From the NCBI GenBank assembly GCA_964035545.1, contig OZ037767.1, positions 3,860,707 through 3,924,706 of the forward strand: DNA of 64,000 nt, written 5' to 3'. The stretch comes from Bugula neritina. Taxonomy: Eukaryota; Animalia; Bryozoa. The position numbers and the translations under genes are program-made. The notes beneath the pieces are model-generated. The model ran no database searches. It was not told where the DNA came from and saw nothing but the letters and a program-made list of their open reading frames with translations. This document shows, piece by piece, positions 1 to 12,900 of the stretch (position 1 is its first letter; every line of letters starts with the position of its first letter).

Positions 1-1079
1 ATCAGCAAATTATGACCTAAGATTAAAGTTTGCTCAAAATTCATTGAAATTTACTATATTGTGTGGTATTTTTATGTGCTGGTTCTAATTATGCATAACA
101 AAAAAAGCTGGGAGGGGCTTCCCCAACATTAAAGCACCGTCATTGTCATATGCACTTAATATATAAGTGCGATTGTCATGAAAAAACCGCGATGGTCTAC
201 AAATATCTAAATTAGCTAAATAATTAGGAAAAACATGAGAAATTAGGCAAAATTAAAATTAAAATTGATTATATAGTTGTATTTATTGATATCAATAATA
301 TGCTATTAGTTTTGGGTAAAAACCCATATAAATTAGCAGCTAAATTGGGAAAAATACCAAAGACTGGAGATTTCGAGTGTGTACTAAATTAAGTAAAATA
401 ATCGTATGCCAAACCTTTTACTACCAACTATATTATGATTTATCTTACATAGCAGCTTTATTTGAAAGTGCATAACTATCTTGGTAATAATGTTCAGCTC
501 CAATAAACTACAGGAAGAATATAATGTATACTTAAAATATAAACAGATACGGAAACCATGGAGCTGCTGATCAATTACACAGAAAAAAAGGCTGTTTTGC
601 TCTTTGGTGTTCAGCTATTAACAGTATGTAGCTTGGATTTATCATCTATGACTTAAGCTAGAGTGTACCAAACTTGAAAGAACGCTATTATAGTATGCAC
701 TGACCTTTTTTGTAACATTCCTACACATTGAGAAACTCTTTAAACATTACAATTTTCTAAGCATGGCAACTGCTATTTCTTCATTAGTAAAGCAAATGAG
801 TGGCTCGGCAAACATGATAGTGCAAGAGGGTTATTTCTATGCATGCCCATAGCATGTTTTTCTAGGCATACAGGTAAGTAATGAGGAAAAAATCAATAGG
901 CGAAGCTGTTTATTATTTTTACGAATAAATTGATTTGGGGTGCAAGTTGACCTAGGATTCAACCTCACCATGTAGGACACAGGCTTTTTCAATTTCTCCA
1001 TTACTGCATCTACTTTAACAAAAAGTTACACATTGTGCATGTGCATAACCCAGTAATTAGTAGGAAATATCCCACTCAC

Positions 1080-2051
1080 TTTCAGGTACCCATCTACCAG
1101 TACAGATGGTGTTGAGGTCACAGTACTGGCAGAAGAGTCTGTAGCAGAACTCACACCCTCTGGTTACGTTTTCATTCTCATGTTCAAAGCATTTGATCTT
1201 TCTGTATTTGGCTTTAGATTGAGCATATTTCATTATGGAAATCTTATCATGCTCCAAATCAAAGACTCTGTCATGATTCTAGAAGAAATATTTCGAAGGA
1301 TACATCATCCAAGCATAAATTTGTCAATTGAGAAAAAAGATTTAAAGCTTGCAAATAATAGAGATAAGGCATCAGCTCGAATTTGTCAAACTTTTCAATG
1401 TATGACGTATACACAAGCCAAACTCAAGAACAGAGGACAATTGATTTCCTTACCTCTTCATGACTTTTACAGAAAGCTCTCTCGCAGTGTAAACAGAAAC
1501 TATGTGCCAATTCAGCTGGTTCTGTCTTGCAAGAATCACAGTAAATGAGCTCGTGGTCAGGTTCAGATGGAGCATACTCCTTTTTTATTGGGTTCAACTC
1601 CAAGTAGGTGCATGTTTTTCTAAAAATTTTATAACACGTAAGAAATTTACTAAAGTATATATACATATAATATACACACATATACACACATATGTGTGTA
1701 TATGTGCGGTGAATGTATATAATTATAATGCTTAATAGTGCATCACTAAAAAGAGCTCAATGCAGGGCAGAGCACAGTGAAAAAAAATTTAGAGGATATG
1801 ATAAAATTAGACTAAAACATTTTATCACTAGTAGCTTCATGTGTACATGTAATCATGCTGGATATGTATATAAGTGTAAATAGTTATACGAACTGGCAAA
1901 CAGTGCAGGTGATAGTTTCTCCGCTGTTACTCCCATGCATGCAGGGTAAACAGAATCTGTGAGAGCAAGGAAGCTGTCTTGGCTGGTCAACATCTATCAG
2001 CCTTTCCAAACAATATCCACATCTTTCATCTTTTGCTTTGCTCTCATCCAT
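1080..2051 (-). CDS. TRIM/RBCC-type E3 ligase, N-terminal exons (RING, B-box 1, B-box 2); 3' part not resolved and probably continues leftwards
   Basis: Exon 2051-~1894 reads MDESKAKDERCGYCLERLIDVDQPRQLPCSHRFCLPCMHG..TITCTVC (C3HC4 RING). Exon 1619-1454 reads CDSC..FCLHC..FCKSHEE (B-box 1). Exon 1278-1080 reads NHDRVFDLEH..CFEH..CEFC..FCQYC (B-box 2). GT-AG junctions are phase-compatible. An upstream non-coding exon donor (GTAAGT) lies at 2244. Confidence 0.85.
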
Positions 2052-2405
2052 AGTGCTACTAAAATGTTAACTATTCAGATACGTATATCTTCTACTGCGT
2101 GTTGAATTAAATAAATTGGTAAGTTCTATTAGTCAACCAAGATCTTTCCTTTCTTTGACTTGCTGAAAGTACGTATTGCCCAGATAAATACTGCCATAAT
2201 ATAATATCCTTCTTTATTAGGTTTCACTAACATATATAACTTACCTTGTCTGTAACCTTAATGCAGAATCAGATTGCCTTACAGGGTGCAACTAAAGACA
2301 GAACCCTACTCTGAAATAAGAAGTGCGGGTGCTTGTAGTGTGTGCGGTTCACTGAATTCTCAGTATTTGTGCTTACAAATGTAAATATAGATAATATTAT
2401 ACAAC

Positions 2406-3250
2406 TGCTATCAACAAAGGGAATTTTTTGCAAGCTAGGGACTTCCCCTCGCTGTGACTATGTGTTTGAAGTCATCAGATTTATAATCTATATGTTTGAC
2501 ACAAAGGTCTTTGGCTATTGAAATCAGAAACAATCTGATGTATATTAGTTTAGAACAATGCCTGTCTCTAACAACTAATTAGATTAATTCCAACCAATGG
2601 CCACTACTGCACTTCCACATAGCAACTTATAATGAAACATTAGCTCTTTGTAGTTAACATGAATGAACTACAATTTGAAAGTGTTAAAATATGAAGACTC
2701 ATGTTTGTATAAAATCTCCACCCCTGGGATAGCCTCTGAGGGCTAGAGAGAGTTTTTCAAACCAAACTGGGCGATGGATTGTGCATGTTTTAACACAGTA
2801 CCAATTAGTATCTGTTGCTTTTCCTACTTTCCTTACTCCACCTGGCCCTACTAGAAACAATGACTTAGTATATGCTAGTTAGGCCATTGCTCCAAGTATA
2901 AATAATATTATATAGTGCTATCAACGAAGGGACTTTTTTGCAAGCTAGGGACTTCCCCTCGCTGTGACTATGTGTTCAACGTGATCAGATTTATAATCTA
3001 TATGTTTGACACAAAGGCCTTTGGCTATTGAAATTAGAAAAAATCAAATGGCTTTTAATTTAGAACAATGTGCATGTCTATTGGAATCAATCCCAATCAA
3101 TAGCTCATAGCCTGTTTCTATTCACATGAATGAACTAATGGTTGAAGCTGAATTGTCTATAATCCAACCTGTTTAAATCTGAAGACTCGCAGTTGTTTGT
3201 ATAAAATCTCCCTCTTTGTGAGAATCGCTAGTAGAAAGGGCTTTTCAAGA
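2406..3250. repeat. Diverged direct duplication (~350-bp copies, 510-bp offset) just upstream of the TRIM gene
   Basis: tgctatcaac..ttttttgcaagctagggacttcccctcgctgtgactatgtgtt..cagatttataatctatatgtttgacacaaagg occurs at 2406 and 2916; similarity decays distally. Confidence 0.9.
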
Positions 3251-3514
3251 GGGCCAAGGATTTGTTTTCTATGATTAAAAAGGGGTAATTTTAACTGAAT
3301 GACCCTTATTGCTATAGGATCCAACCTGTTGACCCTGTGTTTACTAAGCCAGTGCTCTACATGCTATAATACTGCTGCTCCCATACTGTATATTTTATAC
3401 TCTATACTACGTATATTTTACGCTGTATACTACATATATTTTATTTTAAATACTATATATTATATACTGTACATTATATACTGCATATTATATAAAGCGT
3501 ATTATAGATTGTAT

Positions 3515-3675
3515 ATAGCACATACTATATATAGCACATACTGTATTATATAGCACATACTGTATATAGCACATAATGTATATAATAGCACATACTGTAT
3601 ATAGCACATAGTGTATATTGCATACTGCATATTGCATACTATATATTGCATACTGTGCATTGCATACTATGCGTT
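3515..3675. repeat. Degenerate ~16-bp minisatellite (tatagcacatactgta)
   Basis: Repeated tatagcacata/tgcatact units. Confidence 0.8.
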
Positions 3676-3788
3676 GTGTATATACTCAATAATTATAATA
3701 CATATGATATACAGTTGGAATTTTTATGTTATAAGCCTATAATTTGATGAAATATGTCATGGTGCCTACCATTATCAGATTTCCTTGA

Positions 3789-3938
<150 letters not shown>

Positions 3939-4657
3939 TGGTGAATGATAACAATTAAAAATAATGCCAGTTATATTTTTCTTCCATAAGTAAAATTTAT
4001 ATTTGACATAGACTGACTATGACTACAGCTTATAGTTTTATGCTAAGTTCCCTGGAGAAATCGGCAGCTTGGACTATTATACTGCTTGTACTATAGCTCT
4101 TATTCCAACAACATGTCTAAAGCCATAGCTTCTGCCTGTTACATATAGCACAGCTACAATAAATACATACAAACTTTGGTAGCTGCACTACTACATAATG
4201 TTCTCATCAATACAGCATGCTAAAACCAATACGGAGGACTGAAACCATAAACCACTGCACTAAGTCACCTCTAACTAAGAGCTGTTTATAGATAATTTCT
4301 ATAAATGATTTAGAATTTCAGTAGCTGTACTACTGCATCATGGTTGAACCAATACCAGAGAACTAAAGGGTTATCTTACAAATATTCAATTATGTATTTA
4401 CAACTATTACACTGGTATGCTATGTACTAATTAATTGAGATGAATTTAATATATTTTAACATTCTTTAGCTGAATCCACGTCATGGCCAACAATTGATTA
4501 AAGAAGAATGGCTGAGCCTACAGTTGCCATCTTTAAGGATTGTTGAACAGAATTCCTTGGTTACTACAAATTCATCCAGTATAATTATGATAGGATGTAC
4601 ATAAAGTAAGTCTTGCAGGTAAATAGCTTGAGATCAACACTACTCTTTCTATCTAGG

Positions 4658-5666
4658 ATGGGCCTTTCTTTGCTGTCCCAAAACTTGTCTTATGACAAGG
4701 TAGTCTGCGTTGTTTCCAAGATAGCAACGTTCACCAAAGTCGGTAAGTTCTAGCAATATGAGTATGAGCTAAGGCTAAAATTATTTAACTTTTAACTGTA
4801 ATATTATCATATTATCCACTATGGTTTATTCTATGAACAAATACTTGAGCAAGATCATCAACATATATGACATATGTGTGTTGAATGAGAGAATCATCTA
4901 TGAACAAAAATAAACCATAAAATATTGTTTATAATATTTACATTGTCTTTATTGTAGTTATTGTAGCATTTAAGTTTTTTCTAGGATCAAGTATAAGATA
5001 TAAGATTTCAAAAATTGACATGCCATAGTAGGCTTTAAGCTGAGATATTTTTCCTAACACTAACCTTCTGTAAACACATGCCTTGCCCAGTGTATTCCAT
5101 ATATAAGCCATTTGAAGCAGTATATAGATATACTGGAAATAATTTGTATTATATTGTATATCCTGTGTAGTATATGTATAATATTTGAAAATAGTGTAGT
5201 TTAAAACTAAATTGCAAAAACATCAAATAATAATTAAACATAAGATATAAGCATTTGATGGCTATTAAGCTCTTTCTGATAGCTACTTTATTAAGCTATT
5301 CTTTAAAACAAGAAAGTTATTTTGATATTATTGTTCAACCTGAACGAAGGTATGACTAATATATAACAGAAATTATGTCGTCTCCCACTACAAGTTTTGC
5401 TGTTTGACTTTAGGAACATGTTTCAGAACCAGCATTCCAACACCCCCCAAGTCTATATTTGCCAAGATCTCTGATGCAATGTAAGTAGCTATTATATGGG
5501 CACACATATAATAATATAAGACTTGTATACATAATAATAAGTAACTTAAAGTGCTGGCAGATGAAAATTGACTTTTTGCTGCTGAAAAAAATGGCTGCTC
5601 TTTAATGTTTTAGATTTGGTGCACAGAAAGACCAGCCCTCTTATTCTGAACGTATGTAGTACTCTA

Positions 5667-5741
<75 letters not shown>

Positions 5742-6762
5742 CCATGTTATAATACAGTATAATATATTATGATATATTATATTATAATATAATGTAATAT
5801 GTAAAAAATCCGTAGTGCTCATATAATGTATTATAACATATTTTGATACTTGCATATAGTAATAGTAAAATAGTATAATATTATAATAAAAGTGATGTTG
5901 TATAATATAATACCTAACTACATACTATAACAAAGTGCAATATAAAATATAATACATTGCATTATTTTATTATATACTACTGATATAATATAATGTAGAA
6001 TAATTTAATATACTGTAGTATAAATGAATATAGTAGGCCTATACTATATAACATAATATAGGATATAATAATATACCACATTAGATGGTTATTATGCTAT
6101 CTATATTATAGATAGCATAATAACCATCTAATGTGGTATAATATCATATAGAATGGCTATCTTTAAATTCAGATCTAGCATTGAGGTTGTAATATTATAT
6201 CAAGGGTTATATTTGCTCTAACAAGTATATTGCAGTGATGTGTAATTGTTGTATATTATGTTCATTCCTCTTCTTAAGATTTCAATATAATTATACATGA
6301 TAATTAAAAGAGTTGAATCAATTTTGCAAAATTACTTATAATTGCTTTGCACTAAATTATTTATCTAAATTTATTAGACAAACAAAATACTATACCAAGA
6401 TTTTAGCCTTTTTACTATAGGCTTGATTTTACCTGTCTATGCAACACTTGAATAACATAATATTGTGCAGTATTTATGTTTTACTATCTATAAATAAATG
6501 CCTATTTTATGAGTCATAAACTGTCAGCAATCTGTTCCCATAAGTTGACTTTTATATTTCAGCTGAAATACCTCGCTGGGTGAATCTGGCAGCCTACCTC
6601 ATGTTTCTGTCACTGACTGTCATAATTTACACAGTAATAGTCAGCATGCTGCCTAAATCATCTGATGGCATGGAAAACTTTGGTGCCTTACGTAACCGTG
6701 ACATCGGAAGCGTTCAGAGCCCCCTATCGCGAGCACAACAGCAACCACAGGCTACGAAATAA
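4658..6762 (+). CDS. Small (~129 aa) single-pass membrane protein of unknown function, 4 coding exons
   Basis: Exons 4658-4742, 5414-5480, 5614-5651 and 6563-6762, all GT-AG and phase-consistent (1,2,1). Product: MGLSLLSQNLSYDKVVCVVSKIATFTKVGTCFRTSIPTPPKSIFAKISDAIFGAQKDQPSYSEPEIPRWVNLAAYLMFLSLTVIIYTVIVSMLPK..QATK*. One hydrophobic stretch; AATAAA at ~6852. Confidence 0.6.
5671..5738. repeat. (TA)n microsatellite
   Basis: Pure dinucleotide run. Confidence 0.98.
6072..6140. repeat. Perfect 34-bp inverted repeat with a 1-nt spacer
   Basis: tataccacattagatggttattatgctatctata-t-tatagatagcataataaccatctaatgtggtata. Confidence 0.95.
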
Positions 6763-8628
6763 AAAGAAAATTTATTCCTATGTTCCAAATGTTATTGCCT
6801 ATGTTTTGCATCACCAAAAAATTAAGTCTGTATTATATTCATTACAAAGTCAATAAAGTGTTGAATTAATCCACGTCCACTGTTCACCATGTTACTATGT
6901 CAAATGATTCCTACAATTAGTCTGTGACAGTTAATTACTAGGATCATGTAGAAATAGAAAAAATCAGATGGCAGCCTGCCAATTGTATTTGTAAACATAC
7001 CAATTCCGAAAGGTCTAAAAAATTACTATTTATAGCAATTAATATTGAAAGTAAGAAATGAAATAATATGTAAAAGAGAGCAACTGAATAGACGGCAGAA
7101 AAAACATTTTAGAAAAGCAAATTTTGTATTATAAAAATAAAAACTGGAACAATTTGTAGCAATAATAAAGATTTGACAATGCGTTATATGCTGAAGCAAA
7201 CTGATCACCTAATTTAAGCACAAAACTTGATGACATTACGTAATGTGAGCCCAAAAATTGATGACATCACCTAATTTGAGCACACAAGTTTGTTAATTTC
7301 ACTCACTAAAGAAACATGTGGTCAGATGCGATATTTACTAACATTCCTCACTTCACCAGCTTGTTCAGCATCTCAAAGGGGGTGTTCAATTTTGCTTACT
7401 GCTGGCTGTTCTTTCTTGGCACGCTAAACTATATTTTTCCTACTTTGCTACTGAGTGATTTTCAAAGTTTAAGGTTTGTTATTTAAATCATTCAAAACGC
7501 AAGCAGCAAGTTTCAAGAGCATGTTTGCGAAAAAAGTTTTATAACTATATTAAAAAACTAAAAGAAAGAATTGTTCTATTTCGTATTCAAACATAAAATC
7601 ATAAGAAAAATCATTTCATATCTCTGAGATTTTTGCTGCTATATTTTAAACAGTCTTTGAGTTTTTAAATTTTCTAGTGTTTTAGTTTTAAGTTTTGCTT
7701 TTCATAACATTTCAACAGACTTTTATCCAACACAGTACACAACATATGTAACACTGTGCACAGTTGTTTCTCAACTGAGATCAGTTTAAAGTAGAAATTA
7801 CAGTAGACCAATAAAATTCAGGCAATAACTTAAAAGCATAAAAGTAGATTAATAAGTTGCTTATATCATTAATGTTTGTTATCTGAAGAAAAAATAGTGT
7901 CCAAGTACTATCTATACTGGCTATAATGAGTGTCTGGATACCCATCAACAGGTTCTCACACTGTGTTGTCTCAAGATACATGAGTCTTTCAAGAGAGGTA
8001 AACGTAGTTCACGCTTGAATATCTTGCCAAATAGTGTGCCACTTATTAGCAGATAGAAATTGTCTGTCTATCGTGGAGATAACTCTTAAAGCATCCCAAT
8101 AAGCATGATGAATAAGTAGCTAAAATGGTGATTAATACTTGACATACAAAATGGTTAAATCGGGCATTTTAGTTACTGCTGAAATATATTCAGCCAAAGT
8201 AGCTTGGTTTTTACTGGCTTGCTAGGCGTTGTTGAATTAACTCGTGCGATCTACTATTGGTATCTATTGAATAAATGTGAGTGCAAGGGTATGAAGTTAC
8301 CCTACCATTATTTTGCTCCAGAAGTTTTCCACTGCTGATGTCTTAATCAGTTTTATCCAGCATATGTGCAGCTGCTCAGGCAACTTTCCCACCTAAACCA
8401 GACCTAATGTATAAGTGGATTTCATTTATTCTTGTCACTTGAACTGGTTTATTTAACTATAAATATTTTTATTTTAGTCCAAAAAGTTAACATTTCAGTG
8501 TAATATATTAAATCTTAATAGTGGAACAATTGAGAGCCCTTTTCTCAGAATACATATGATTTACATAGTTCATAAACAGCTATACTTAGTTACCTAGACA
8601 GAACCTGTTTTTATTACAGACGGCTCAA

Positions 8629-9019
8629 ATGATGCTACCATTTTGTACGCTGATAGTGGCCACATTTCTGTACTTTGACTCGCTGGCATGCATTATGAAC
8701 GTCAGCGTGGGTCAGTTGGTGTTCTACAGAGCCAAAGCATACGGCAGAAAAGTAAGACAGTATAATTAAAAATTAATGTAGTAAGAATTGCACGAATTAT
8801 AAGTATCAGCTATAAAAGGGTCGAAATTTTCTCATCAAACAGAAGCAAACCCTTGGGATTCAAACTTCTCTTGCAACAATTTTTTTTAACCTATTAGCAT
8901 GCATGACTGTTTCTTGGTTATATTATGTTTTGTAAGTGATAGTTCATTTTTTGCAGATACAACGAAGTTTAAAGCGTATTTATAGAGAAACCCAAATGCG
9001 CTCAAGTGCATGCAGTTAA
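8629..9019 (+). CDS. Putative small secreted peptide precursor (61 aa, 2 coding exons)
   Basis: Acceptor ttattacag at 8619, exon to 8751 (donor GTAAGA), acceptor ttttgcag at 8956, phase 0. Product: MMLPFCTLIVATFLYFDSLACIMNVSVGQLVFYRAKAYGRK|IQRSLKRIYRETQMRSSACS*. Confidence 0.4.
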
Positions 9020-9351
9020 TGCTATAAATATCTCCTACTGGTTTTAAAGACTATACAATATAAAACTGCTACATGTCGGCAATAAAACAAAAGTTTAGCA
9101 AAAATATCAACCATTTTGTTGTAGTCTGTATTTCAACATAAGCAGTCTGCATGGTAATGCCTTTGGTCAACAAATTCCAACAACTTGTAGAAGAAAAATT
9201 ATTTGATATCAGCATACATCAGTGGATAAAAGCATCAAAAATATTTGCGTATAATCTAATCAGACAATCAGTATTGGCAACAACTTAAGGGTTTCACACA
9301 CCTGTGTAAATAAATTGTATATGTGTGTAATATATATATATATATATATAT

Positions 9352-9395
<44 letters not shown>

Positions 9396-9989
9396 CTGCA
9401 CCTTATGTGATATAAATATTGTAAATTAATAGGATATATTACAATCTGAAATTTATGTATCAAAACAGCTTTCACCATTTCAGTATAAAAGTGCAGTAAA
9501 AAGACATCTCTAATTTGCACAATAAATGTTCTTCTGCGAATGCTACCAGATACAAGTGAAGGAACAGTGAAAGGCAGCTGTGAAGGAACAGTGAAAGACA
9601 GCTGTGAAGGAAGTAGAAACGTGGTTCTGTACGTCTCCAAACAGGAGTAGGAATTGTGAAAAGTAATGAAAGCCATCGAATGAGTATGCAATCTCAATAG
9701 CACTTTAACAAACAAACAATAAAACAGAAACCCAACGTTAACAAGACAATATATTACTATATAAGATGTGACCCAACGAGTTCTTTAGAAGAAAGCACAA
9801 CCAATAGCTAGATTGAGTCACATGCACCGTCACACTGTAGGAATACATAACAGAGTGCTGGAAGATCCACTCTTCAAGTTTAATATAAAAGGACATGGCT
9901 GTGCGGCTCATGGAAAGTTCATGGAAGAGACACGGGGCCAACAGTATGCACAAAATACGATCTGTAAAAAGAGAAGACAACCACCTATG

Positions 9990-12900
9990 CTAGGTTGAAC
10001 CTGATTTTTTCTTGGATGTAAAAAAATTAGCTGACAGCAATCTTCTTCGACGCCTTGTGTAATTCGAGTGATTGGGGGACCTGTAGGAAGGGGCGTTGGA
10101 GAAAAGTGATGTACTGCTAGAGGTAGTGAATGGAGATTTCAGTCTATATTCACCATTCATTGCCCAACTAATACTAGAAGGCAGCTGTAAGTTGAAGCTT
10201 CTACTTTCACCTAAAAGAAAATAAGAAATATATTTTTCATTTACAATGAAAATGTGAAAAGCTGCTTGTAAAAAAAGCTTTTGTATACGTCACACCCAAC
10301 AGAATCTGCAACAATTGTATTTATATTTATATAATTTCTAAATCACAGTAAGACAAAATGAAGATGCTATTTTGCAGTATACAACAGGACTTGAAGCAAT
10401 ACTGGACATACTGGAAGTGTTGTGTAGGAGTTGCTTTCTCCGCTTAGGTGACTTGTTGTTATCTGAGTTACTGGAGACGGAGTGCGAGGGGGTGACAAAA
10501 CAATCCTGAGACTGCTCACTGGAACTCTGGCAAACCTAGTAAACACGATCAATATGTCAACAGGTAATATATATGTCAACAGGTACAATATGTCAACAGG
10601 TACTATATTTCAACAGATAATATATATGTCAACATGTACTATCTCATGCAGACTTAAGGATAGTTATGGCTGTAGGAAAAAGAAAATGTGGGTTCCTGTG
10701 ACACACTTTGTAGAGACCTGAGACTTACTAATTCCAACTTTGTACAACTTTATCCAACTAATATACTCTAAAACTCCCAACAAGTTTCATGGTGGTGTAT
10801 CCTCAGCTTTAAACTCTTCAGAGAAAGTCATAAATTGACTATTTGCAAAAGCTGATAACAAGGAGCACAATTTATTAATTCGAAATATTGAAATAGGTTT
10901 ACCTGTGCAAACAGCATTACCTTTGCTACAGTTCGCAATCTCCTGTATCCAGTTTTGATTGGACGGCCATATTTACCATATCTGGTCTTCTTCAGCTTCG
11001 TAGAATAAGTGACCTGAGGAAATGAATGCTGGAAGATGCCGGTAAGGTGCATGTGCTCTGAGGTGGGGGCGTGGGAGTTGCCCCCTCGACTGCTCAACCT
11101 GCCAGAGTCTGCGGAGGGCTTGACTAAAGCAACACAAATACACCTCCCGATGAACGATAGAACTAATGAGTAGATCTCAAACAAGTTATAGCAAGTTGAA
11201 ACCTGAACATAACTATAGTGATGCTTTACTATTTCAGGTAAACTTTCTATATCTCAAATTCTTATATATAAAAATGGAACAAATGACGGTGTTTAATTTG
11301 CATTTTATTAGAGAAATTAGAATGGCATGTGGCGATCAAGTAATTCGCGCAGAGGCAATGCTGTCAGTTATTTGATAAAACGTATCTTATGTTAGCCCTA
11401 AAACTCTGAGATGAGCACAGTAAACATGTGGGAGACTGCAGGTCTACGTATCTTACTCACTTGGAATACCGTACGTAGAACCTCCGCCAACTTCGTGGAA
11501 GAAGTCTGATTGCTCATCATCAGCCTCACCTGCCTGGTCATCACATGTCTCAGCACCATCGGACGTGAGCAAACTGGACTCACTAAAACACAGGAAATAG
11601 TGAGCAAACTGGACTCACTAAAATACAGGAAATAGTGAGCAAACTGGACTCACTAAAATACAGGAAATAGTGAGCAAACTGGACTCACTAAAACACAGGA
11701 AATAGTGAGTGAACAGAAATGTTGAAAACAAGAGGAAATAAGGAAACAGGAGTCTATGAGCTATACTAACTACTATACTAGAAGAGGGGAGTATTAGTAA
11801 ACAACACTCTGAAACCAAGACAAAATCAACAACAAAAAATTATTATTACAAATGGTGCTGCCATCATTATTCCGAGCAAAGTGTGGTAATGTTTTGTTTT
11901 GCGCTACAAGGTATCAGCAAGGTTTGTGCCGAGAGTAACTATTGAGAGAAAAGAAAGGGGATGCTAAAAGTAACCATGGCGACACTTTGTACTCCAACAT
12001 CACTATTGCGTAGAACTGTAAGAAAACTATAAATTACACGCTCAGTTTAAACTGCAAATACACAACTAGAATGCATCTTCTCTCAGTACAAAGCATGAAG
12101 AATGCACCTGGAAATATCGTAATAGCCGGTGTCGACGTTGAGTACGGGGATATAGTCAGCGGGCTCCGACTCCATCTTCTGAGATCTGCACTTTCTGTCA
12201 GCACCAGTTTCAGTGTCCATCAACTCCTTCTTCTTACCGTGGGGGCGTGGCTTCATTTTACGCTCATGTTCCGGAGTGAAGGAGCGCCCGCTGGGAGCAC
12301 TGCCGATTATTATTGACGGGCTAGCATTCAACTTAGCCCTTCTTCGTCTCCTCGCGTCTACATTATACAGGGACAACTTTTGGCTCTACCGCATGTTGTT
12401 TTGGGCCTATCACTTTTTTAATTCAATTTCTGGTTGCTATACTATGAAAGTATATAAGGATAACTTTTGGCTCCATCATACTGGCATTATAAGAAGTCAC
12501 TATACTTCTATGCTGTCTTTGGCCTTTGACTTTTGTAATATGATTGCTGCTTGCTATATTATAATACAATGAAAACCAGCACTCTTGCATCTAAATTCTA
12601 AAGGAAGACTGAAAGCAATTTTAGTACCTGATATGAAACTCCCCAAAAGCATGCTGATATGCCATAACACTATCCTGTAGGGTTACTGGATTTGGAGAGG
12701 GGAGATAACTTACGATCTGTAGTCTTGCGCTCTTCAGAGAGGTCCGTAACCGAGTCAGACTCAAGGTCAGCGCCGGAAACAAAGCTGCTGTTAGCTGGCA
12801 GCGTCAGAGCTGACAGTTTGTTGGCAATCCTGGAGCATTGATCTTCCGAGTCTGTTGTGGCCTCGATGGCTGGACTCAACTTGTTTCGACTGAAAACAAT

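Noticed and set aside
700-870. Next TRIM exon
   Set aside because: All frames tried after the plausible acceptors hit stops; cannot tell a missed exon from pseudogenisation
1180-1548. 122-aa plus-strand ORF
   Set aside because: Antisense to the TRIM B-box exons and has no motif of its own
11565-11710. CRISPR-like 35-bp repeats
   Set aside because: Head-to-tail with no spacers, eukaryotic context, no cas genes
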